This document shows, piece by piece, positions 11,920 through 24,500 of a DNA stretch of 64,000 bases. The stretch covers positions 62,001-126,000 of the forward strand of contig JAPMXV010000035.1 in assembly GCA_026936335.1 (NCBI GenBank). The letters are read 5' to 3'. A program made the translations under genes and the position numbers. The first letter of the stretch is position 1. Each line of letters begins with the position of its first letter. The DNA comes from Mantamonas sphyraenae STR306 (lineage: Eukaryota > Protista > CRuMs). The notes beneath the pieces are model-generated. The model did not search any database, was not told the DNA's origin, and saw only the letters and a program-made list of their open reading frames with translations.

Positions 11920-13520
11920 TCATTCATTCATAAACTCTGTGGTGTGATAGACAATGGCGTCATGTGCAAGCTGGCTGAGCTCATCGATGGCTTGGGAAAA
12001 CACCGGCGGCAGATCAGCCAGATCCAATTGCTTGTGATCGATGGCTGTGGCGATGAAATGCACAATGCGAAGCATGCGTGCGACTGCGCGAGCACTGAGG
12101 AGCTGTGTGGCGTTGCGAGCACGCATGCGAGAGACCCATTTGCGAAGGATGACCGCTGGCATGGCGTAGTCCATCCAGTGAAGGATGGATCCCAGGTGGA
12201 CGCCGATGTAACTTTCCTCAACATCCTTCTCCTCCACCTCTTCCATGTAGGTCGCATGCGAGGAGGAGGCGACGTGGAACAACCGCGCTTCCTCCATCTG
12301 CTTTTCTTCGCGAGTCAGCCACCGCTGAAGCTGCTTGTCCACAGGCGGTAGTTTGGGCTGGTAGGAGACGGTGGTCAACGCGTGCTGCGCAAACAGGATC
12401 CACGTGTTGTGCACAAACTGATCCAAGAGGTGTGCATCCAGGTTGATCTCTCCAGCAGGCCACGGATCACGGGTTCCATACACAGCTGCGAGTGATACAG
12501 CGATTCTACGTACATGTTGCAGTCCCCCTCCAGGCTGCCTGTGCGGTACTGCGAAGAAAAGGACATCCTGCGCGCAACTTCGGTGGACAACGCGTCGTGC
12601 GTTTCATCAAAGAATCGAAAGTTGCGAGAGTCCAACACAATCACCTCACACTGGCCATCGTGATTGTTGGCTACCAGGGCAGCCCAGTGATCGTGCATGC
12701 CCACCATGAACGCCTGTGAGGTGTTTGGTTCCTGCATCCCCTGCCACACCTCCTCCAGCGCCTTGACATCCTTGCGCTCCCATGTGCCAAATGCCACGTC
12801 GTTATACACCGTCACCAGCGATCCACACTGACCGGGTGTCCCCTGTAGCCCCGCAGCTGCCTCCAGCGCCTTCAGAGGTGGGTACTCGTCCTGCAACCAC
12901 CGCAGATACGTACGCTCCATGATCCCCTCGCGGATTTCGTCGCTATACCACGGCCACATGGGCTCTTCGAAACCATCTGCGTGATCGATGAGTGCACGTT
13001 CGATGCGGCCTGTTTGAATCACCCGCAGCGCAGGCGACTCAAAATCGGCCAGCACCTGTGTGGCCATCTCTTCATCCCGTGTGTGGATGGCAGCCAGGGT
13101 AAGCATACAGTTGTGAAGGGCATAATAGCCACAGCTGTTGTTTTTGCGTTGCCGAGCCGTCTTGATCTGCACGACGTCGAATTCCCCGTTTCCGCCTTGA
13201 ACTCGCTTGCGAAAGAGCACCTGGTCGTCGGTGATCAAAGGGGCCAGCAGTCTCTGATTCCTGCTACTGCCTTCTGTCTCTTCCTTGTCTTTGTCTTTGT
13301 GTTCCTCGTCCTGAAGACCCTGCAACACCGGCAGTTTGCTAAGCAAGGCAAACGCGTCCAGCACGTCCTCCACGCGTTCTGCCAGCACCTGGGCAATCAG
13401 TTGCCGCACCCCTTCGTCTGCCACCGGTCCTTCTTCGCTGTCATGTGTGCCCTCCCCCTGCTCCTGGAGCTCCTCCACAACCTCGACGATTTCGGGCTCC
13501 GAGTCGGTGCTGAGATCCAT
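11920..13520 (-). CDS. Uncharacterised papain-fold (Josephin-like) cysteine peptidase with helical C-terminus
   Basis: QRKNNSCGYYALHN ... HDHWAALV ... VIVLDS (Cys-His-Asp order). Two ORFs join by one added G at 12452 (RGLLGEINLDAHLL). Confidence 0.6.
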
Positions 13521-13575
13521 CGGCGTTGTTGATGAATTGCGCGCACTGCCGCACACAACCCCATCTGATTTGAAC

Positions 13576-14235
13576 ATGTTCTCCCGCAACACCAAGACGT
13601 GTGTCAAGAGCAGCGTGAGCGTGGCTGGCATTGTGGCAAGCCGTGCGGGCTATGCCAACGAGGCGGTGGCCGACGCCCTGCTGAACAAGACCCTTTCCGA
13701 CCCTGTCATGTTCCTGGACAAGAGCGACGGCAACCAGGACGTCAGCAGCGACTCGCTGCTGTCTGGCAACAAGGTCCTGCTCGTCGGTGTCGTGGGTGCA
13801 TTCACAGGCAGTGAGTTTGGCCTTGCGGAGGGTTTCCACCGTCCAATCTTCCTTCCTCTTCTGACCCCGTCCCTTGCTGTGCCAGCCTGCAACGATCAGC
13901 TTCCTGCCTTCTCCTCCCTGTACGACGACATCGTGGCCAAGGGTGTGGACACCGTTGCAGTGGTCACTGTCAACGATGTTTTCGTCAACAAGGCCTGGAA
14001 GGAGCACTTTGGCGTGCGACCCGAGGTGCGCGTCCTCACCGACGCGGAAAACTCCCTGGCTCGTCAGCTCGACCTTGCCATCGACCTTTCTGCAGCCGGC
14101 GCCGGTCTGGGCGAACGCAGCCACCGCTACGCCGTCCTCTTTGACGATGGCAAGATTGTCAAGGCCACCGTTGAGGATTCGCCTGCCGAGCTCAAGGTGA
14201 CCTCTGCAAAGAGCATCCTCGAGGAGCTTCTTTGA
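13576..14235 (+). CDS. PRDX5: Peroxiredoxin-5/type II peroxiredoxin with probable mitochondrial presequence
   Basis: KVLLVGVVGAFTG|TCNDQLP after removing intron 13811-13885; VNDVFVNKAW; GLGERSHRYA; AATAAA near 14264. Confidence 0.92.
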   Translation: MFSRNTKTCVKSSVSVAGIVASRAGYANEAVADALLNKTLSDPVMFLDKSDGNQDVSSDSLLSGNKVLLVGVVGAFTGSEFGLAEGFHRPIFLPLLTPSLAVPACNDQLPAFSSLYDDIVAKGVDTVAVVTVNDVFVNKAWKEHFGVRPEVRVLTDAENSLARQLDLAIDLSAAGAGLGERSHRYAVLFDDGKIVKATVEDSPAELKVTSAKSILEELL

Positions 14236-14292
14236 GAACGCACACTGTAGCACACTGCACTGCAATAAATTACACACTTCATTGACCCAACG

Positions 14293-16455
14293 TCACACGT
14301 AGTCGTAGCCCCCTGTGCTACTCCCACTGCTGCTGCTGCTGCTACTGCTGCTGCTGCTGCTACTGCTGCTGCTGCTGCTGCTGCTGCCGTTGTTGTTGTT
14401 GCCATGGCTTTGAAGCTGTGCCAATGGATCGTCAAAGCGTCGCCTGCGCCGCCTGTGCGCTTCCATCATTTCGTCGCTGACTTCGTCCTCGTCGTCGCCC
14501 ATGTCGCCGTACTTGCGTTTGCGCTCGTCGCTTCCTCCTTCGCCTGCCGCCAACGCCTTCATCCTGCGTTCCTTGGCCTCCAGTTTGCGCATTGCCTCCT
14601 GTACCTTGTCCTCGTCCAGCTTCTTGGCCTTGCCGCTGCCGTCCTTGTCCCTGCGGATGCCTTCCTCTGCATTCTGCTCCATCATGCTTTTGGCCTTCTT
14701 GCGCTCCTGCACCGCACGTGTCTGCGACTCGCCCATCATGCGTTCCGATGCAATGGCTGCACGCACGCCTGCCTCTCCTGTGCAGTATGCGTTCTTGCTG
14801 GTGGCCCGGCAGCACTTGTATCCCCAGCTGCCGTTGTGCCAGTACGAGCCCCACACCGACGTGTGGTTGCCCGGATGCACATCCTCGTCGTACTTGGACC
14901 GTGGCACCGCACGTTCCAGACCCTTCACCACGCGTCCGTCCCGTGCGTACTCCACGTAGTTCTCCGTCTGCTGCAACGCGCGCAACTCGGCCGCGCTCTT
15001 CATGTACTGCTGGCCCCCGTAGCGTTCGATCACGCTCGCCTGCTTCTTGTTCTTCAGCTTGTTCTTCTTCTCCAGGTATTCTTTGTACATCGCCTCGGCC
15101 TGCGACGGCAACCCCTGCGCGTGCACGTCGTTCCCACGTTCCGCCGCCTCCCACGCAAAGTGTTGCATCTGTGCAAACTCGCGTGTGTCGCCACTCACAC
15201 GCTCAAAGTTGTCTCCCATAAACGTGCTCCCGTCTGGCCGTGCGCCCGGATTCGGGTTCTCGCGCATCGAACGCGTTTTGGGATCGTAGTACGCGCTGTT
15301 CACGTCCAGGTTCTCCAGATACTTGGCTCTGTCTTCACGGATGCGCAGGTTGCGAATCGTCGTCTTTGTGCGTGGATCCCGTTTCACACCCACGCTCTGG
15401 TTCGCACGCGTCTCCTCCTCGATCCGCTTTGCCTCGTCCTCATCCTCCGAATCCGACGAGTCGGCATCCAACTCGTCCAATTCATCCACCTCCTCGCCAG
15501 CCGCACGTCGCTGCTCCCTCTTCTCCGCCGCAGCCTTGGCCTTCTCCCGAAACTCCGCCTCCCGCTTCTTCTTGCGTTCCGCCTCCACCTCTTCGTGACG
15601 CCGCACAATGTCCACGTGCTCGCTTGCGTCGTAGCCTGCCCATCGGTCGCGTTTGCTTTCGTAGTCAAACTCCAGGTCTTGCACCACTTCGTCCGCCTGG
15701 ATGTTCCTGTTGGTCAACTTGGCCCCCTTGCGCCGCGGACGCTCCATGCAGTCCCGTGTCTTGTGTGTCATGGCTCCACAGTTGGCACACGCGCCCTTGC
15801 GGTACTTTTTCGCCGCCGGACCCGCTCGTGTGCCTCGTTTGTACCACTCTTTCGACGCCTTTTTCTTCTCAAGCAGGTTCCGCTGGTGCTTCAGCGTCGG
15901 CGCATCGGTGTTGTAGTACCACGGCGTGCTCGAGATGTACTGAGGGATGTGCGGGTTGATCTCGTTGCCCTCTTCATCCACCGCAGCAGGCGCTGTAGCA
16001 GTGTCCAGGGGAGGTCACGGCATCGTGTCAGCCCATGGGAGTCGTTGGGAGTCGGGAGACGACAAAGAGGGCAAAATGGCCCCCCCGCCGAGTGCTCTTC
16101 TTCCTCTCTCGCTCGGTGTGTGGGTGTCATACAGTATGAATACTGGTTCAACATCGGCCATATCGACCATTGTTCAGTAATTAAAACAAAGCAAAAAAGA
16201 ATGATAATCATCCACCGTTCTTTTGCACCGAGACGAGAGAGAGCGAAGAAGCGGACTTCGCATGCGCGCGCACTTTCCGCACGTCACGCAAGCAAAAGGC
16301 CACACGGCATTGCCCACACACACACACACACACTCACACACGCTCACTCACTGTTCACACATTCACGTACCTGTGCCTGCCTTTCGCGCCTCCTCAAGCG
16401 CCTTCTCCTTGAGATACTCCTCGCGGGTCTGGCGCTTGCCCGTCGAGGTGGCCAT
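14293..16455 (-). CDS. SLU7: Pre-mRNA splicing factor SLU7
   Basis: Exon 1 16455-16371 (KEKALEEARKAGT), intron 16370-15993, exon 2 with APAAVDEEGNEINPHIPQYI, zinc knuckle CANCGAMTHKTRDC, LRIREDRAKYL, NHTSVWGSYW. Confidence 0.97.
16123..16216 (-). ncRNA. Intronic box C/D snoRNA with two guides antisense to LSU rRNA
   Basis: AT-rich island in the SLU7 intron: box C UGGAUGA (16214-16208), guide UGCUUUGUUUUAAUUA directly before D' CUGA (16177-16174), guide GUAUUCAUACUG before variant D AUGA (16130-16127), GGUG/CACC ends. Both guides complement conserved 28S segments recalled from memory (UAAUUAAAACAAAGCA; CAGUAUGAAUAC). Confidence 0.8.
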
Positions 16456-16511
16456 GAAGAGTCTTGGTTTGGTGCCAACCGCGCCGATGGTTCCAACACA
16501 TTCAACCAACC

Positions 16512-18623
16512 ATGATGGGCTTCGGGGCGGACGACCGCGATAACCACAACCGCCGCTACGAGCCCCAGCGCTACGAGGACCGCTACGAGCGCGAACGTGG
16601 AGGAGGAGGACAACAACGTGACGGCGGGGGCGGTGGCGGAGGCGGCTACGACGATTACGAGCGCAGGCGTGGCCGATCCTCCTACAATGACCGCAAGCGA
16701 TACAGGTATGTGTGTGTGGAATGGGCGTGGGATGGGTGTGGGTGTGGGTGCGTGTGTGTCTGTCTGCCTGTGGGCGCCCGCCGTCCTTTTCCCTCACCCC
16801 GTTTCTCGCCTCAAAGCGAGTGCCTCTCCTGGTTTCCTCTATCCCTCGCAGCTACTCACACATGCACGTTGCACACACACACAGGTCGCAGTCTCGTTCC
16901 CGGTCTCCCCCACGACAGTCTCGTTCGCCCTACAACGACCGATACTCGCGCTGTACGTCTGCCAGAGGCATGAGAGGCACGGCTTCCGCAATCCTCGTCG
17001 CCCAACTCCTCTTTCACGCACACACACAAGCACACACTCACCCTATCCTTGTCCCATGGCCACACCCAAACCCGCACACACATCCTCACACGCATCCACA
17101 CAGCACACTATGACTCGAGATCGCGCTCGCCATCCGGGTCACGATCGCCCATGCGAGACCGCGATCGCCATCGAAAGCGCAGCCGTCGCGACGGAGGCGG
17201 CGGCGGCTGGGACAAAGGGCCGGCACAAGGAGTGGGCACAGGCTCAGCATCGATGATGGGAGGCCCAGTTGCATCCAGCAGTACAGGGTTTGCAGGCATG
17301 CACCCGAGCAGGATGAACATGATGGCAGGTGGTGGCGGTGGTGGCGGTGGTGGCATGATGGGTGGTGGTGGGCCCCAACGGTTGCCCAACGGACGCACCC
17401 CGCAGGAGGAACGGTTGGCACGCAAACTGTACATTGGCAACGTGGATCGAAACGTGAGCGAGTTGGACCTGCGCAACATGTTCAACAACACGCTGCAAGG
17501 CATCCAAGGCAGCAGTCCCGCCGCCCAGAGTGGACGTGCCATCCATCACATCACTCTGGTACCGGACAAGGGCTTTGCCTTTGCCGAGTTTACCGCCAGC
17601 GAGGACGCCGCGTTGGGCCTCGGCTGCGACGGCTTCAACATCAACGGCACCGTCATCAAGGTGGAACGCCCGCGTGACTATGTCCCTCTGCCAGGCGAAC
17701 AGCAGCCCATGGGACGTCACGGAGGAGGAGGTTTCCGTGGAGGCGGTGGAGGCGGTGGCTTTGGAGGAGGTGGCGGCGGAGGAGGATTCGGAGGAGGCGG
17801 CGGCTTTGGAGGAGGTGGTGGCTTCCAGGGCACGGGAGCCAACGCAGGGTTCATGCCGATGGGATCCAACAACATTTCGTTGCCCAACCCGAAGAAGCTG
17901 TATGTGAACGGCTTGCCGTTCCATGTGGAGGACGACGAGCTGCGCGAACTGTTTGCCCCGTTTGGCGAGCTCAAAACGTTTAATGTTATTCGCGACGCCG
18001 AGGGCCGCTCCAAGGGCTTTGCCTTTGTGGAGTACGTGGACGGCGACGTGGCCGACGCCGCCATCGAGGGTTTGAACGGCCTGGAGATTGGCGACACCAA
18101 ACTCAAGGTGCAATTCTCCGGCGGCAGCAACAACGCAGGCGGCTTTGGCTCCGTGCCCCTGGCCCTGACCACCACCAGCAGCCCCGAAGAGGACGACTCA
18201 CCACCCACCCGAGTCCTTTGGCTCCTCAATGTCTGCTGGCGACGCGATCTCCTCGACGACGAAAAGTACACCGACATGTACAACGACATCTGGGCAGAGT
18301 GTGAGTCGTTTGGACCGCTGCTGGACATGAAACTGCCCCGTCCGCCACCTGGTCGCAATCCCCAGGCCCAGCCGGGTGAACGCATGGCCTTTGTCAAGTT
18401 TGAGCGAGTCGAGGACGCCCAGCGTGCGCGTCGCGAGCTCGCCGGACGCAAGTTCCACAGGCATGTCATCATCACCTCCTACTTTGACGAGGATCTGTTT
18501 GATCGCGATGACCTGGAAGCCACCACAGCCGGCAACGGCGACGGCGGAGGCAGCGACAACAACAACTCAAACAACAACACCACCACCACCACTACAACCA
18601 CGAGCACCAACGCATACGCATAG
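16512..18623 (+). CDS. U2AF2: U2AF large subunit (U2AF65): RS domain, two RRMs, UHM
   Basis: RS-rich N-terminus; ARKLYIGNV; KGFAFAEF; KVERPRDY; KKLYVNGLP; SKGFAFVEY...AIEGLNGLEIGDTKLKVQ; PTRVLWLLN...ELAGRKF. Intron 16706-16884 and a second ending at 17103. Confidence 0.93.
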
Positions 18624-18671
18624 ATGCAGACAGCAGACAAAATGAAAACCCCATTCATTTGGCATCCAGCA

Positions 18672-21477
18672 CTACTCCATCCCTTCCACCGTGGCTGCCA
18701 TCGCCATGCGGAACACCAGGCCCGTGGGGTTCCGCATGAGCAGCAGCCGTTCGCCCGTGTTTATGTTGACCGGCAAACGCAACCATTGCTGTGCTGCCAC
18801 ACAGCCCAGCGCCAACGGATGGCCCTGGCGATCGGAGAACATGCCTGTTGTGACGTAGCCCACCACGCGCCTGTCCGACGACGCATGCTTGCGCACCTCC
18901 TGTCGCGTGTGTTCCTGCAACACCTCCACATCCTCGTGCTCCTTGCCTTTGCGCCGTCCCATTGAACGCACTGCCTCCTGTCGCTGCCAAAGCTCCACAT
19001 CGGCCTCCTCTGGCTGGCAAAGCATTGCACAAGCCTCCGCTCGCCCGCGGCTCATCGGCACCACCCGCACCTGCACCAATGCCACAGGCAGCAATGTACG
19101 CAGCCTCTTCATCGTGAGCCTCCCTCCACGTGTCTCCTGCGCCACCCGTGCCAACACAGCCCCGTCCACCTCCTCCTCCTCCTCCTCCGCTTCCTCCTCA
19201 CCACGCCCCTCCTCTTCATTTCCCAGCTGCTCCAGCATGCCAACCAGTCGCTGGCCACGCACCACAAAGTATGGCATCACTGTGCGCCGCTCGTCATTGT
19301 CCTCGGTGGTCGATGCATCCTCGTCCACCTCTCCGTCCATCAAAGCACGCGCCATGGCATCGATCCCAGGCAACACCTGTGTCCAGTTGGGTTGAAAGGG
19401 TGACGTCACTCCGTTGAGAGGATAGTTGACCCTTTTGTCCGCCGGGGTGCGTTCCCATTTGCTCTGCGCCTCGCTTGCCTCCTCCAGTTGGCTCTGTACA
19501 CACGCCACACTGTCCGCATAGTCCGCGGGGTACCATGGCAGCACCTGTTCTGTGTGCACCTTGTGCTGGTTCTCTGTGCCCACCACTCGCACTCCCGTGT
19601 ACACCAGACTGTGCCAAAACGCCATGCCCCACCCACGAGGCAGGATCAGATCCCACCCGCTTCCCAATCCATCCTCGTCACCGCTCTGTTGCACCACAAT
19701 CGCATCCGGATGCACAGTGTCCTCGCTCTCTGGTGTGGCCCCTCCCGTCACACTGACCCCCGTCTTCCTGCGACGATCGTTCAACTCCACAATGCTCTCC
19801 AACCGTGCCATTCCATCCCTTGCCTCTCTGTCCCACAACGCACTGGCCGCAACCGATTCTGCCTCTGGCCAATCCACCATCAGCGCTTGCCATCGCCTGC
19901 GTTCTGCCTCGGCCTCCCTCTCGTTGTCCTCCTGCTGCCCTTCCCTCTCGTCTTGCAACTGTCCAGACTCGTCTTCATCCATCGCTTCCTTTCCCCCCTT
20001 CCTCACAGGTGCGCCTAGCCTCAACAGGCGCTTGCGTTTGGCCAGTTCCCGTCGCTTCTCGGCCGCCGTTGTTCGCTTCTCCGGCGGAAACGTCAGCCTC
20101 GGATCCTTCAGTTCCATGGCCAACACCACACCTGCAGGCACACTTCCTGCACTGCGCACCCTTTTGATCACATCCCATGTCTGTCTGGCACGTCGCAGTC
20201 TTCCTCCCGTCGCATGCTCGCCTCGCTTCCGCTTCCCACTTTCAGTCCTCTCCCCATCCTCCCCATCCTTCCCTTGCCTCGCTCTCCACTTCAACACATT
20301 GCTCAGTGTCACCGTTGCACGCGGGCCTGTCAACTCAAACCGAAGCAACTCGCCTCGCAACCCCGTCACCTGCACTCCTTTCCCTCCGGCGTGCCTCTCC
20401 AGCGCCTCCAATGCCTCGGTGTACGCTGCGCCAGGCACCCACAGCCACAATTGCCTTTGTGGTTCATCAACCAGCATGGCTGATGACGACGATGACGATG
20501 ATGATGATGACGACGACGACGGTTCATCGTCCTCGTCCACCCGCTGACGCTTGGGTGCCCCTTCCACACCACTGCTGGCCTGTGGACGCCACATGAAGCG
20601 CACGGGCGCAATGCAACCAAACGGGTAGCGTCTGTGGTGATACAGTACAAAGCTGCCTTCCCGTCCCCCGTCCACATACATGCTGTTCAGCAGGTTGGAT
20701 TGTGTGCGATCACGAAACGCATCCAGCACTCCCATGATGGCTGTCTGGCTTCCCATAAGCTCCACACAGCCATTGTATGATGCATCGTGCAGGGTGCACA
20801 TGTTGCATGCCGCCTTGAAAGAGCTGCGGATGGCCCTGTCGTTTGGATGCAACGCCACCTTGCAGCCCCACTGCGCCTTCATCTTCATCCGCTTGCTCTG
20901 CCAAAGATGTGTTTCCAGCCACATTGCCTTTTGGCTTCGTCGTGCATACTCCGCTCCAAGGTCCACCTTGTGTCGCACCTGTTTCCGTGGCCGCTTCTTC
21001 CCGCCCCCGACACTCGGTTTCTTCACCACCTTTCCTCCTGCTGCAGAGTTCTTCCCCTCCCGGATGGCCCGTCCTCGCAGGTGTGCAGGAAGCCGGTGCA
21101 CCTTGTGACTCATTGTCCGTCGTCTGATGTCGTCCGTGTGTTCCCACCCGTTCTCGTGTCAGCTGGACGCTGGTTTGCATGATCTCCAACCCGAGAGCTC
21201 CCCCTCTCTCTTTTCTCGTCTCCTTCTTACCGCAGATGCCTGGGCAGCGTCTGGAAAGCACGCCTCCTCCCTGTTGTCCTGCCCTTGACCTGTGCGCTCA
21301 AGTAGTGGATTTCCGATGCACGTGCCTGACACCCCCACCGTGTTAAATCACCTTGTGTCCGTCTTGCACTTCCTGCCGACCACCACCACTCACCTTAACG
21401 ATATCGTGCACGCGCAAAGCCTTTGGCAACACCGCCTTGCCATTGCCCTTGTCCTTCCCCGACAAAGACGATGACAT
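18672..21477 (-). CDS. POP1: RNase P/MRP protein subunit POP1
   Basis: AFQTLPRHLR|RRTMSH, WLETHLWQSKRMKM, LHDASY, GWDLILPRGWGMAFW, GYVTTG; two short 5' introns; ATG 21477. Confidence 0.93.
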
Positions 21478-21521
21478 TTCCAAAAATCCCTTTGATTTGC
21501 CTTTTCAACCGCACGTCAACC

Positions 21522-24500
21522 TCACGCATCCTCAAGCAACATGCACAGATCCTTGCAAAACTTCACCACAACGTCAACAAGCTCGCCCGCAATTCCAGAC
21601 GGCTGCAGATCCTCGGTGAGCCCGTCGATGGTGGCGCGCAGTGCCTGGGCGGCCTCTGCATAGTTGCCCTTCTTCAGCCATTGCATGGCTGGCAGCACCA
21701 TCATCAGACTGTGGTACAGCATCATCACATCCTTTGCCTCCTGTGTCGCATCGTTCTTGTGCACCAGCGTGCCACGCGGGTCCATGGTCGACGCCACCAT
21801 GTATGCGCTCAGCTTGGCCTGCGAGATTGCCACGCGCACTGTCACGTGCCAGAAGCGGATCACCATGTCCACCAAGAGCTGCTGTTCCCTACTCAGCACC
21901 TGTCGCGAGCTCAGCTGCCACGCTGCCACCTCCTGCAGCGACTCTACAAGTCGTCGGAAGCTCAGCACCAGCGTCGCCGTCAGATCCGTTTTGGTTTTGA
22001 TGTCCACCAACTTTTCGCCAAGCGAGCTCGTCAGCTTCTCGTATGCCTCTGTCTTGTCCTGCAGACAGAACGCCGTGTGGCGTGTCTCACCAAAGGCGTC
22101 CGGGAATCGCAGAGGGGTTTCGCCAAAGTTGAGTTGCACTTTGGTGTTGCTCGACCCGATGGCCACCATGGGGTACCACTCGCGGTACTGTTCACCCACC
22201 ATGCTGTTCAACTGCATGGCGTTGCCCAGGAACATCCCGTTCACCGCAAATGCCACTGTGCACGAGTCCAGGTTCAGGTACACCGACAACGTGTCACCCT
22301 TGCCCACGTAGCCGCCGTACGCATGCTCGTATCCGTGCTGCACACTGTTGCCACTGACACCGTCCATGCCATACGAATCCAGCGTGTCTCCTGGACGCAC
22401 GTCCAGTCGACTCGGTTTGTCGTTGCACGTCCATCCCGCTGCAATGCACACGTTGTCCACTCCCACACGGCTGCTCTTGTCCACCGTCACCTCGTACACG
22501 TAGCTGCGTGCGGCCACAGGAAAGTCTGCCACCGCCGTGCGCCATGCTCGGTTGCTCGTCTTGCTCATGTAAAACACAGATCGAGCCGCACCGTACACAA
22601 ACTTCTTCTGGCCCAGATTCACGCGCACACGCGCCTCACTGCTGTGCATACCCACCGCAGGGTACAACACTGCGTCGCTGGACACACCTGTAAACGCCTC
22701 GCCCAGGTATTCGCCGTTGCGCGTGAAGAAGATCACACCCCGGCGTCGGTTCCAGTACGCGCCAATCACGTCGCCCACGTTCCAATGCGGTCCGTACTGC
22801 AGGCCCTGGCCGTTACTCTGGCCGTAACGCTTGCCGTCGTCGCCGTGGTAGCCGTAGCTGTTGTTGTACCATCCGGGCAGCCCGTTCACGTGCCGTGTCA
22901 CAAAGCCCATCGTCACCACGTTGCTTGGCCCCAATGCCTCCACAGTGATTTCAAAGTAGTACGAATCCAGGCTCTGTGCAATGGGTCGCGTCGTGCGCAT
23001 CGTGGCCTCTGTCCCGCCGTTCTGTCCTTCGCCCGTGTACTTCATCGTCCATGTGTTTGCATCCCACTGCAGGTACTGTCCGTTGTGTGCACGTGCTACC
23101 GCCCATCGGTTGGGAATGCGCTGTTCCACTGGTCCCGACCCTGTTACTGTGCTGCTGCTGCTGCTGCTGCTGCTGCCGTAAGCTGATTTCGCCACCCGCC
23201 GCCGTCTGAATCTCCAGGCCATCCTTGGATACCTTGAGGTCGTTGTGCCTTGCACTGTCCATGTTCAACACACCCGTGGGTCCACTGTGAACGCCTCCCA
23301 GCTCCTCCAGACGAGCCACCTGCACCTCAAGCGCTGCCAGACGTTGCTGTTCGAGCTCCTGTGTCTGGCTGATTTCGCCTGCCTGCGGACGCGTGTCCAG
23401 CGCATCCTCCTCACTCATCTGGCTGACATACGGCATGTCTGCCAGCGGAAACGGGACCGCCGGCTGATACGATGGATCCAGCAACGAGATTTCAGACACA
23501 CTCACGTCCGGTTGGATGTAGCCAAAAAACTGGCTGTCGCTGATGCTCAGGCCTGACGCAGGGATGGAGCTGATCTTGGAAGGTTCAAGAGGCATGTCTG
23601 GAAGCAGTTCACTGTGCATCGACAGACTCTGGCTCTCCTTGGCTGCAATCGGAAGCTGCTCCAGCTCGTCGCGAAGGGCCTCGTCCTCCTCGGCCAGGCC
23701 CTCCTCTTCCTCGCGGTCTGTGTCGGCTTCGTCATCGTCGGAGTAATCGTCGTAATCCTCCTCACCCATTGGCATGGGCGGTTCCAATTCCTTCTTGACA
23801 TCCGACACATGCGTGTCATCCACATCCGCCGCCACCTCCTTGCTCTCCGGCGGCAATTCATCAAAGTCGGGGATGTCATCCATGGGCCTTGCCGTGCGCC
23901 TGTCCTCGTCGTACTCGCGCTCGGCCTCCTTTGCGATTGGCGTCGGCTCGGCCGGTTTGGGTTTCTTGCCTTTGTCCTCGTCCAAGTCTTCCAGCATCTC
24001 GGATTGAATGTTCAGCTCCTCCGTCACCTTTGCCGCAATCTCCTGTGTCCTCTCGATCTGATCAGCGAGCTCTTGCAGCTGCTTGTCTTGGTCCTTCATC
24101 AGGCTCTCGCCATCCTCCAGGGCCATCTCGTTGAATTCGTCACCAAAAGCACCGTCTTCGTCTTCTCCGTCGAAAAAGTTATCGAAGTCATCGATTCCAT
24201 CGAGCTCATCGATTCCACCATCAAACCTCGCCATCTCGTCAAACCTCTCATCGTCCCTCAACTGCTTGTCCTCCTCCAACTCATCGATCTCGTCAAACTC
24301 GAGCAAATCCACGGTCTCCTTCAACACGTGCTCCTCCTCCTCCAATCTCTTGCCTCGACCGACCTTCTTCTTGTACTTCTTCCTGGTGTACTTGGGCTTC
24401 TTCTCTTTCCTTCTGAGATAACCAGGCTTCTTTTTCGTGATGCGCTCCGAATCGGACGAGTCAAAGTCGCTGCCGTCCTCGTCCTCGGTGGAAATCGGTT

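Noticed and set aside
14325-14400. CAG/AGC and similar triplet runs in many coding regions
   Set aside because: Poly-Ser/Gln/Asp slippage tracts throughout the window; no CRISPR-like or mobile-element structure.
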